From the NCBI GenBank assembly GCA_902521635.1, contig CABYSI010000002.1, positions 56,198-120,197 on the forward strand: a stretch of 64,000 bases of DNA. Reading direction: 5' to 3'. Below, piece by piece: positions 49,267-57,868 of this stretch. Both the position numbers and the translations under genes were made by a program. The stretch comes from an uncultured SAR86 cluster bacterium (GTDB lineage: Bacteria > Pseudomonadota > Gammaproteobacteria > Magnimaribacterales > Magnimaribacteraceae). Numbering within the stretch: the first letter of the stretch is position 1; the number at the start of each line of letters is the position of its first letter. A model generated the notes under the pieces. The model saw only the letters and a program-made list of their open reading frames with translations, had not been told where the DNA came from and searched no databases.

Positions 49267-52182
49267 ATGCATAAGATTTTCTTTTCGTTAATCACTCTTT
49301 CTATTTCTACTTTCTCTATTTACACATTTTCTGATGAAGAAGATAGTGGAAGAGGTGGAATTGAAGAGATAACTGTTACAGCTGAAAAACGTACATCAAC
49401 TGTTTCTGATACTTCTATGTCAATAACAGCCTTTGATTCTTCACTGATTGAAGATTTAGGCATACAAGGTCCTGATGATTTAATGGATCAGTTGCCAGCA
49501 ACAACTAGAGATCAATATGATGTGAGAATTCGTGGGGTAGGAAGAAATTTTAGGGCTCTTGGTGGAGATCCGGGAGTTGCAACTTACTATAACGGCATAT
49601 TTTCTCCTGATTTTGGTATAGCAGCAGGAGAAAATTACCTCTTTGATGTAGAAAGAATTGAAGTTCTCAGAGGACCACAAGGTACTCTTTATGGAAGAAA
49701 TTCCATAGGTGGAGCGATTAATTATATAACTTTCAAACCTTCATTCGAATCTGAAGGCCTAGTAAGAGTTGTGCTAGGAACAGAGGGAAGACAGCAGAAC
49801 TACCTGATGTCCAGTGGACCAATTAGTGATGCAATAGCTTATAGATTTACTGCTATGACCGCTGATTCAGATGCACTTCAAGATGGTTTAGGGGGTGTAG
49901 ATTTAAATGAAACTGATGACGAAAATATAACCTTTTCTTTACAATGGAACATCAATGATGATGTTACATTTAACATAAGGGGTAATGATAGGCTTGTTGA
50001 TCAACCAACAACTGCTCCTATTTTATTAGATCAAGGATGGGGTCCTTACAGGGGAACTCACGGTCCTGAAAATGCAGTTTATGGTATCAAGAGAGTTTCT
50101 GCATCATATCCAGGTGCATATGCATATACACACCCGACTACAGGTGAAGTAAGATACGGAGCAGCACTTATTCCAGGTGTGGACAGAAATTCATCAGTTG
50201 TACAAAATTTTAATCCTGAGTATGGAGCTAGCAATCAAAATAGCACTATAGGTAAGTTCGGAGCTAGGGTAAATATGGAAGATTGTAACAACTCTTCCTT
50301 CCCATATAACAACAATAATTGTCAACATGTATTGTTTGAGCACGAAGGCATTCAATCTGATGTCACTTGGGATGTATCGGATACAGTGCAAGTTAAGTAC
50401 TTATATGGTTTCGTAGATTTTGATTACACTTTCAATAGAGATTTTGATCTTTCTGATGCTACTTTCAGTACAAGACGAGAAACCGTTCTCGAAGATGTGC
50501 ACATGACTACTCACGAACTGGTTGTAAACTGGCAACTCTTCGAAGATGTAGAAATGACTTCTGGTCTTTTCTATATGGATGAGACGAGAAAACAAAGCTA
50601 TTCATTTGCTAATAATCATCTTGCAGTAATAAATCCAGCAAATTATGGTTTATTTGCTGCTCCTATGGCTTTCCTTGGTGGAGCCTCAACACAACAACTT
50701 CTGGGAGCTATTGCATTTACACCACATGTCGAACAAGGCAGCGCTCCAATGAATGATGTTATATCTGGTCTTTGGGGAGGTTCTCCGGAAGGCTTAGTTT
50801 ACGAGTATCAAAACGAAGTTACTACCGAAGCATCTGCGGTCTATACTCAAGGCACATGGACAATAAATGATGAATTTTCACTCACTATCGGAGCAAGGCA
50901 TGCTAAAGATAAAAAAGATGCCCTTGAAAAGAGTGGTGGTTATGCAGAATTAAGCTTAGATTTTGCTGCAGGTTTTATGCCAGCTATATTAGCTGGAGCA
51001 GGAATACCTGGGCCATTCTTAGAAGCTGCAGGAGTTTTACCTAACTCAGGACAAACCGTACTTTCGCTGAGTAACTTAATGATGGGAGCTGCGACATACA
51101 CTGGTGCGGCAGGAGTAGCAGCAAATGGCAGTAATATTGCTCCAGTATGTGATTTCACTGCAACAGAATGTGCCAATCCTCTCAGATTAAATCAAGGTTG
51201 GCCATATAGTTATACTAGAACTGTTGGTGGAGATGACGAATGGTCAGATACCAACTTTCGTGTTAATTTAGACTGGACTCCTAATGATAATATCCTGATG
51301 TATTTTTCATACACTACTGGGTATAGATCTGGAGGTTACATTCTTGGTGTCCCCGGAGGAAAAGACAGTTTAAGGGATGAATTTGGACTTCCAATTGGAG
51401 GGGCAGATTTGAGACTTGAAACATACGACAAAGAGACAATTGATGCTACCGAAATAGGTTATAAGGGTCTTCATTTTGATGATACTGTTCAAATCTTCGC
51501 TTCAATCTATCATTATGATTATGATGGTTACCAAGATAGAGTAACTCAATTTAATCCAAATGTTGGATGGGCCACAGACAGGGTTACAAATGCTGACGGT
51601 ATAACAAATACAGGATTTGAAACTGAAATAACTTGGGCTGCGACTGAAAGATTAACACTATCTGGAAACTATAGTTATACAGAAACTGAATATGGAACAG
51701 ATTATTTCATTCAAAACCTCGATGACCCTTCCTTGCCTGCACCGGTTTGGGGTACATTCACTCAAGTTGATGTCGTAGATTTTGTTGCGGTTGGTGCTGA
51801 CGCTGATTTATTCACTTTCAATTTGAAAGGAAATCAATTAAGAGGTATACCGCAAGAGAAATTCACTATTAATTTAACTTATGAGATGGATTCACTCGTT
51901 GGACCGCTTTGGTTGAATTTAACTCACTCCTATACGGGTGACTTTTCTGCCTCAGGTATTGAAAGAGAGTACGATACAGTGCCCTCTAGAGAAACTTCTA
52001 ATGTTAGTCTGTCTTGGTATAGTGAAGATGGAGATATAACAGCGAGAATATTTGGTAGAAATATCATGAACAATCAAGATGTTTATGCATACACAACTAC
52101 AACCGTTACGAGAGATTACCAAAAATACGCTTGGCCTTTAGAAGAGAGATGGTGGGGTATTGATCTCAAATATTCTTTCTAG
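49267..52182 (+). CDS. TonB-dependent receptor (TBDR6), tandem paralogue of TBDR5
   Basis: Same plug motifs as TBDR5; ATG 49267 after GGGGAGG; C-terminal YSF. Confidence 0.93.
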   Translation: MHKIFFSLITLSISTFSIYTFSDEEDSGRGGIEEITVTAEKRTSTVSDTSMSITAFDSSLIEDLGIQGPDDLMDQLPATTRDQYDVRIRGVGRNFRALGGDPGVATYYNGIFSPDFGIAAGENYLFDVERIEVLRGPQGTLYGRNSIGGAINYITFKPSFESEGLVRVVLGTEGRQQNYLMSSGPISDAIAYRFTAMTADSDALQDGLGGVDLNETDDENITFSLQWNINDDVTFNIRGNDRLVDQPTTAPILLDQGWGPYRGTHGPENAVYGIKRVSASYPGAYAYTHPTTGEVRYGAALIPGVDRNSSVVQNFNPEYGASNQNSTIGKFGARVNMEDCNNSSFPYNNNNCQHVLFEHEGIQSDVTWDVSDTVQVKYLYGFVDFDYTFNRDFDLSDATFSTRRETVLEDVHMTTHELVVNWQLFEDVEMTSGLFYMDETRKQSYSFANNHLAVINPANYGLFAAPMAFLGGASTQQLLGAIAFTPHVEQGSAPMNDVISGLWGGSPEGLVYEYQNEVTTEASAVYTQGTWTINDEFSLTIGARHAKDKKDALEKSGGYAELSLDFAAGFMPAILAGAGIPGPFLEAAGVLPNSGQTVLSLSNLMMGAATYTGAAGVAANGSNIAPVCDFTATECANPLRLNQGWPYSYTRTVGGDDEWSDTNFRVNLDWTPNDNILMYFSYTTGYRSGGYILGVPGGKDSLRDEFGLPIGGADLRLETYDKETIDATEIGYKGLHFDDTVQIFASIYHYDYDGYQDRVTQFNPNVGWATDRVTNADGITNTGFETEITWAATERLTLSGNYSYTETEYGTDYFIQNLDDPSLPAPVWGTFTQVDVVDFVAVGADADLFTFNLKGNQLRGIPQEKFTINLTYEMDSLVGPLWLNLTHSYTGDFSASGIEREYDTVPSRETSNVSLSWYSEDGDITARIFGRNIMNNQDVYAYTTTTVTRDYQKYAWPLEERWWGIDLKYSF

Positions 52183-52196
52183 GGTAAATAAAGATT

Positions 52197-52223
52197 AAAA
52201 GCAGGCCTTCAGGGCCTGTTTTT
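52197..52223 (+). terminator. Intrinsic terminator after TBDR6
   Basis: AAAAGCAGGCC-TTCAG-GGCCTGTTTTT. Confidence 0.85.
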
Positions 52224-52267
52224 ATTTTGGTTAAATATAATTTTATGTAGAATGCATCACCTCTGAC

Positions 52268-53677
52268 ATGAAACACAAGCGAACAAAAATCATTTGCACA
52301 ATTGGTCCCTCTACCTCGAGCTACACAAGTATTAAAAAGTTATACGAGGCAGGAATGAATGTGGCAAGGTTAAATATGTCTCATTCTGATCATAAGAATG
52401 CTAAAAAGATTATTGAGAGGATTAAAAAACTAAATAAATCTCTAAAGATTCCAGTTGGAATTCTATTAGATACTCAAGGTCCAGAAATAAGAACAGGCGA
52501 TACCTCACAAGTGGTTAATTTAGAACCCGGTCAACTAGTTTCCTTTACTATCCGTGATGAAGTAGACGTAGAAACTACCTCAATCAGAGTCCATTACGAT
52601 GAATTAATAGAAAGCGTTAATGTTGGAACCCTTATTAGTTTAGATAATGGTTTGTTAAATTTCAAAGTATTAAAAAAATCAAAGAATGAACTTGAGTGTA
52701 AGGTTCTGGATGGTGGAAAGCTTGGTAGTAAAAGACATGTCAATTTACCTGGTATACGTATTAATCTACCATCAGTAACAGAGAAAGATAAACGAGATAT
52801 TGCTTTCGGTTTAAAGGAAGACGTTGATTTCATTGCTTTGTCTTTTGTAAGGAATCCTTCGGATATTGATGATTTAAAAAAAATTCTCAAAAAGAATGCC
52901 AAAAAAGTAAAGATAATTTCAAAGATCGAAGATAGAGAAGGGTTAGCGAATATTGAGGGAATTTGTGAAGTCTCTGACTCCGTAATGGTAGCTCGAGGAG
53001 ACTTAGGCATTGAAACTGATCTTGCAAATTTACCAAATATTCAAAGAAAGATAATGTCTAATTGCGCAAAATACGGAGTTAGGTCTATTGTTGCCACTCA
53101 CCTTCTAGAATCAATGATTGATAACCCCACACCAACAAGAGCAGAAGTTACCGATGTTGCAAATGCAATTTATGAAGGAGCCGATGCCGTTATGTTATCT
53201 GGCGAGACTACTATCGGAAAATATCCAATTGAGTCCGTAAAATTTATCTCAAGAATTGCGAAGCAAACCGAAAAATATAGAACTCTCGGCTATGAAAGCC
53301 AATTAGTATCAAAAACAGACTGGCAACATCTTGGAGTTGCAGCAAAGGACATAGCAGAATCTATTAAGGCTGATGGAATTATTGCAATTACTCGATCAGG
53401 CCAAACCGCTGAAATTGTAGCTAATGCCAAACCCTTTATGATTCCTATATTTGCATTCAGTAATAATAAAAAAACCATTAAACAATTATCTTTAACTGGT
53501 TCAGTTCATGCTTACAAATCATCTATGTATTCAGACCACGAAAAGAATCTTCAATCAATTATGAAAATTTTGAAGAAAGAGCTTTCACCAACAAGTGAGT
53601 TAAAGTTTGTTGTGATTTCTGGAATTCTTTCAGAAAATTCCGCTGATGCAATAGAAGTAAGATCATTGAATGCTTAA
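52268..53677 (+). CDS. pyk: Pyruvate kinase
   Basis: RTKIICTIGP, ARLNMSH, DTQGPEIR, MVARGDLG, PTRAEVTDVANA, MLSGET. Confidence 0.96.
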   Translation: MKHKRTKIICTIGPSTSSYTSIKKLYEAGMNVARLNMSHSDHKNAKKIIERIKKLNKSLKIPVGILLDTQGPEIRTGDTSQVVNLEPGQLVSFTIRDEVDVETTSIRVHYDELIESVNVGTLISLDNGLLNFKVLKKSKNELECKVLDGGKLGSKRHVNLPGIRINLPSVTEKDKRDIAFGLKEDVDFIALSFVRNPSDIDDLKKILKKNAKKVKIISKIEDREGLANIEGICEVSDSVMVARGDLGIETDLANLPNIQRKIMSNCAKYGVRSIVATHLLESMIDNPTPTRAEVTDVANAIYEGADAVMLSGETTIGKYPIESVKFISRIAKQTEKYRTLGYESQLVSKTDWQHLGVAAKDIAESIKADGIIAITRSGQTAEIVANAKPFMIPIFAFSNNKKTIKQLSLTGSVHAYKSSMYSDHEKNLQSIMKILKKELSPTSELKFVVISGILSENSADAIEVRSLNA

Positions 53678-53760
53678 TTCAAAACTAGCTGAGTAATAAG
53701 AATAAAGTATTCTTTAGATAAGACTTTAATCTTTATTTTATACCTATAAACTTATCTGTA

Positions 53761-55116
53761 ATGACTCAATCTATAGTCGAAAGGCTGACTTTAAAGACAA
53801 GGATAGGCTATGGAATTGGAGATATAGCAATTTGCTTGTATTGGAGTGGAGTAGGTTTATATCTTCTATATTTTTATACTGATGTAGTTGGTATTTCTGG
53901 ATCTTTAGCTGGACTAATTTATTTTATTGGGATGGCTTGGGATGCAGGCACTGATCCATTCATGGGCTATATGGCCGAAAGAACAAGAACAAAATGGGGT
54001 GTTTATCGTCCTTATATATTGTTTGGAAATATTCCTTTGGCTTTGTCATTCGTTTTATTATTTTGGGTTCCACCTCTGGAAGGTTCTTCATTATTCTTTT
54101 TTCTTTTATTCGCAAATTTATTGCATAGGACATGCTTTACTTTAGTAAGCGTTCCATTTTCATCTCTTACTCCAAGGATAACTTCCGACAGTCAAGAAAG
54201 AACTAATTTGACTGGTTTTAGAATGCTGGGAGCCCAAACTGGAACAAACCTGATGGCTCTTTTGGCTTTTCCAATTATTTTTTGGGTTGGAGGAGAGGAC
54301 GAGAGTATGGGGTTTATAGTTTTAGCTTCTATAGCTGGAATAACTGCCATACTCATTCACTCAATTACATTTATCACAGTAAAAGAACCAGATAATGATC
54401 AGGGTATAGAGAGAGTTGGTGGAAGTCTTGCTGACGCAGCAAGGGCAATAGGAAAGAATAAACCTTTTTGGCTAGTTTTTTCCGCAACTTTAATCGTGGG
54501 TATTACAACTATATTTTTTGGAAATAACCTTATCTATTACACGAAGTATGCTTTAGATCTGCATGAACACCAAGGAACAATTCTTTTCACTAGTGGCATA
54601 GTGGCCTTTTTAAGCATACCAATTTGGTGGATCATTTCTAATAGATTAGGTAAGAAAATTACATGGTTAATCTCAAGCTCAATAACCTTATCTTCATTAA
54701 TATTATTTTATCTCTATGATATCAAGACATTAAATGAATTACTTTTTTTAGTAGCCTTTATTGGTTTTGGCAGTGGTGCAGGCGGGATTTTATTTTGGTC
54801 CATGCTTCCAGACACTATTGAATACGGGGAAGTACATACAGGAGTTAGGAGCGAGTCATCATTATATGGATTTATGACGTTTGCTCAAAAAGGGTCTATA
54901 GCAATTGCGGTATTGATATTGGGCTGGGTTTTGGATGCAATCGGGTACCAAGCAAATCAAGCGATGTCTGTAACAACAATTGATAATATGAAAATTATAA
55001 TGACTTTGATACCCATATTAGGTATCTCATGCAGTCTGATAATAATCTATTTCTATCCTATAGACTCAAAAATGCATAAGGACCTATTGAAACAACTGCA
55101 AAAGGAAGAAATATGA
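53761..55116 (+). CDS. Glycoside-pentoside-hexuronide (MelB-like) MFS symporter
   Basis: GYGIGD, YFYTDVVG, WDAGTDPFMG, RTRTKWG, MLPDTIEYGE, FAQK. Confidence 0.9.
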   Translation: MTQSIVERLTLKTRIGYGIGDIAICLYWSGVGLYLLYFYTDVVGISGSLAGLIYFIGMAWDAGTDPFMGYMAERTRTKWGVYRPYILFGNIPLALSFVLLFWVPPLEGSSLFFFLLFANLLHRTCFTLVSVPFSSLTPRITSDSQERTNLTGFRMLGAQTGTNLMALLAFPIIFWVGGEDESMGFIVLASIAGITAILIHSITFITVKEPDNDQGIERVGGSLADAARAIGKNKPFWLVFSATLIVGITTIFFGNNLIYYTKYALDLHEHQGTILFTSGIVAFLSIPIWWIISNRLGKKITWLISSSITLSSLILFYLYDIKTLNELLFLVAFIGFGSGAGGILFWSMLPDTIEYGEVHTGVRSESSLYGFMTFAQKGSIAIAVLILGWVLDAIGYQANQAMSVTTIDNMKIIMTLIPILGISCSLIIIYFYPIDSKMHKDLLKQLQKEEI

Positions 55117-57110
55117 AAATAATTAAATGGGGAATATTAGGTACTGGTTCAATAGCAAAAGCGTTTGCAGATGCTTTAAAGGAAACTGAAGGGAAATTAG
55201 TCGCCGTAGCCAGCAGCAATGAATTAAGAGCAAAAGAATTTTGTTCACCTTATGATTGCAAGCCAATTGAAGGTCATCACAATTTGATTTCAATTCCTGA
55301 AATTGATGCCATTTATGTGGCAACGCCTCACACAAGTCACTTTGAACTTACAGCCGAATGCCTAAAAAATAAAAAAGCAGTCCTTTGTGAAAAGCCTATG
55401 ACTATTAATGCGACTGAAACTATGGCCCTTATCGATCTTTCTAGAAAGAATAATACACTTCTGATGGAAGCATTTATGTACAAAATACACCCACAAACTA
55501 AAAAAATAATGGAAATTATCCAACAGAAGTTAAACCCTCCATTGAATATCAATGCTGAATTTTGCTTTTCCGTTGATGTCCCAGAAACCCATAGGTTGGT
55601 TAATCGTGAATTAGGTGGCGGATCTATTTTGGATATCGGATGTTATACAGTTTCAATGGCACGACATGCTGTAGGGGCTGCAAATGATAAGAACTTTTTA
55701 AATCCAATATCGATCGAGGGTGAGGGAGAGTTAAATTCTCAAGAAGTAGATTTAAATGCTTCAGCAATTTTAAAGTTTGAAGATGAATCAATTGCTAAGA
55801 TAAAGTCAGCCACCAATTTAAGCTCAGAAAGCGATGTAAGAATTACAGATGGCAGTAATACCATCTTAGTCAATCAACCATGGCATTGTGGAGAATTTAC
55901 AGATAGAAAATCTCAATTGAAAATAATAGATAAAGAAGGTAACGAAGAGGAGATTGATATTTCAACTGATAAAGGAATTTATGCTTTAGAGATAGATCAT
56001 TTTTCAGAAACTTTTAATTCGCAGACTACTGAATCGCGGCTAATCCCACATAATGATTCTCATGGCAATATGATCTCTCTGGACACATGGAGAAAAGAAC
56101 TTAGAGTTGTTTACGATGAAGATAGAGGAGAAAGAAGAAAGTCACCTATCATATCTAACCAAATTCCAAGAGAAACACTGTCAACTCAAAAGATTCCTGG
56201 GATTGATAAAGAATTGTCTCGTTTAGTATTCGGCTGTGATAATCAATCCGATACTAACCATGCATTTGCAATGTTTGATCATTTTTATATGAAAGGAGGA
56301 AATGTTTTTGATACAGCTTATATTTACAATAATGGAAAAAGTGATTACTACCTAGGAAGCTGGATAAACTCTAGGAACTTGAGAGAAGAAGTTGTAATTC
56401 TTGGAAAAGGGGCACATACACCCGACTGTGAACCAGATAAAATTAGACCACAACTTGAGGAGACCTTAAGTAGAATGTCTTCTAAATATCTAGATATTTA
56501 TTGTTTGCATAGAGATAATGACTCTTTGCCAGTTGAAGGTTTTATTGACACTTTAAATGATTTGAAAGATGAAGGATTAATAAAGGTTTTCGGTGCATCT
56601 AATTGGTCATTAAAAAGATTTAAAGAAGCAAATGATTATGCATTATCTAATGGAAAGGAGCCCTTCACTATTTTGAGTAATAATTTCAGCCTTGCACATA
56701 TGAATAATCCTGTTTGGCCAGGATGTTACAGCTGTTCTAATGATGAATATGTTGAATATCTAACTAATAGTCAGATTGCTATTTTTCCCTGGTCCAGCCA
56801 AGCTAGAGGTTTCTTTTTAGACTCTCAAGAATTTTCTGGATTAAGACATGTTGCTGATCCAAATAGGGAAGAGCAAGACAGAGTCTGGGGAAGTAAAGAA
56901 AACATAGAAAGACGAAGAAGATGTTTTGAGTTAGCTTCTAAAAAGTCGGTTGCTCCAATTCAGTTGGCTCTATCATTTGTGCTTAACCAAAAATTCCCAT
57001 CTTTTCCATTGATAGGACCTCGAAACTTTTTTGAAACTGAAAGTTCATTAGAAGCGATAAAAATTGATTTAACTCATGAAGAAGTTTCTTGGCTTAATCT
57101 AAATTCTTAA
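55113..57110 (+). CDS. Fusion of Gfo/Idh/MocA dehydrogenase and aldo/keto reductase
   Basis: N-half: GTGSIA, YVATPH, LCEKP, GGSILDIGCY. C-half: FDTAYIY, LGKGAH, LHRD, GASNW, PLIGPR. Confidence 0.88.
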   Translation: MKIIKWGILGTGSIAKAFADALKETEGKLVAVASSNELRAKEFCSPYDCKPIEGHHNLISIPEIDAIYVATPHTSHFELTAECLKNKKAVLCEKPMTINATETMALIDLSRKNNTLLMEAFMYKIHPQTKKIMEIIQQKLNPPLNINAEFCFSVDVPETHRLVNRELGGGSILDIGCYTVSMARHAVGAANDKNFLNPISIEGEGELNSQEVDLNASAILKFEDESIAKIKSATNLSSESDVRITDGSNTILVNQPWHCGEFTDRKSQLKIIDKEGNEEEIDISTDKGIYALEIDHFSETFNSQTTESRLIPHNDSHGNMISLDTWRKELRVVYDEDRGERRKSPIISNQIPRETLSTQKIPGIDKELSRLVFGCDNQSDTNHAFAMFDHFYMKGGNVFDTAYIYNNGKSDYYLGSWINSRNLREEVVILGKGAHTPDCEPDKIRPQLEETLSRMSSKYLDIYCLHRDNDSLPVEGFIDTLNDLKDEGLIKVFGASNWSLKRFKEANDYALSNGKEPFTILSNNFSLAHMNNPVWPGCYSCSNDEYVEYLTNSQIAIFPWSSQARGFFLDSQEFSGLRHVADPNREEQDRVWGSKENIERRRRCFELASKKSVAPIQLALSFVLNQKFPSFPLIGPRNFFETESSLEAIKIDLTHEEVSWLNLNS

Positions 57111-57156
57111 ACTATCAAATAATTCTTTTATAAAAATAAATTTATTGATATTCTTA

Positions 57157-57352
57157 CGGAAGGCGTCCCACATTCAATTTAACACGAGGGGAATTGAATT
57201 TGTGGATCTTTATTACCCTCTACAGGAGGTGATCACTATTAGTATTTATTTTAGAAGAGGAACAACAGGAGTATCCTTCTGACACGGGTTACCCCCGGTT
57301 CCGGCTAACAGTTTAAACAGTTAGTTGAAAAGTAGTTGAGATACGCTTTTCG
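57157..57352 (+). ncRNA. Putative stand-alone structured RNA (~200 nt)
   Basis: Closing helix CGGAAGGCGT(57157-66)/ACGCTTTTCG(57343-52) with G-U pairs, at least four internal hairpins, GC-richer than its flanks, own terminator, no downstream co-directional gene. Confidence 0.72.
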
Positions 57353-57353
57353 G

Positions 57354-57383
57354 AATCCCCGCTCTAGGGTGGGGATTTTTTTT
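57354..57383 (+). terminator. Intrinsic terminator of the putative ncRNA
   Basis: AATCCCCGCT-CTAG-GGTGGGGA-T8. Confidence 0.88.
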
Positions 57384-57780
57384 ACTTTCTAGCACCCTCG
57401 CTATCGAAAATTCTCAGATAAATTAGCTGCTCGAGTTTAGATGTATTCTTGACTTTAACGTAGTCACCTTCTTCAGCTAAGATGATATTTCCTGCAGTTA
57501 TAGCCATCTCAGCTTTGTGTTCAATACCAAAACTAGGATTTGTACCGTGACCGCCCTCGTGATTTGCATATTCCACGACTTCCATTTCACCAACACCAGA
57601 TAAAAATACATAGACTACTTCCGATTCAATCAGCCTATGTCCACCGGTAGATCCATTTGGATCAATAATTGTTTTACTCGCAACAAGCTTTTCTAAAATA
57701 GTGTTCGTATAAACTTTGTAAGTATTTTCACTTCTCCAAAGATTTTCTCCTACCTGAAAGTTTTCGTATTTTTTTGCCAT
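57382..57780 (-). CDS. Cupin-domain protein with degenerate metal site
   Basis: STGGHRL..SEVVYVFLSGVG and AGNIILAEEGDYVKVKN match the two cupin motifs. Confidence 0.72.
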   Translation of the reverse strand: MAKKYENFQVGENLWRSENTYKVYTNTILEKLVASKTIIDPNGSTGGHRLIESEVVYVFLSGVGEMEVVEYANHEGGHGTNPSFGIEHKAEMAITAGNIILAEEGDYVKVKNTSKLEQLIYLRIFDSEGARK

Positions 57781-57868
57781 ATCTATAAAAGTTAAAATGT
57801 TATTCTAGCATTACTTCTTCTTTACTGTTTAGTAACTTGCACTATAAGATCTGCAAAGGAGAGATTAA

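Noticed and set aside
46211-49740. Recent gene conversion or assembly duplication between the TBDR5 and TBDR6 5' ends
   Set aside because: Abundant synonymous differences indicate old paralogy under purifying selection.
57224-57234. AGGAGGTGATC as a 16S rRNA gene remnant on the minus strand
   Set aside because: The match ends after 11 nt and the flanks do not resemble the 16S 3' terminal helix.
57157-57352. tmRNA, RNase P, SRP, 6S or riboswitch identity for the structured RNA
   Set aside because: It has no tRNA-like ends, no RNase P or SRP consensus, a multibranch rather than rod-like fold, and no downstream co-directional gene. An Rfam search is still needed.
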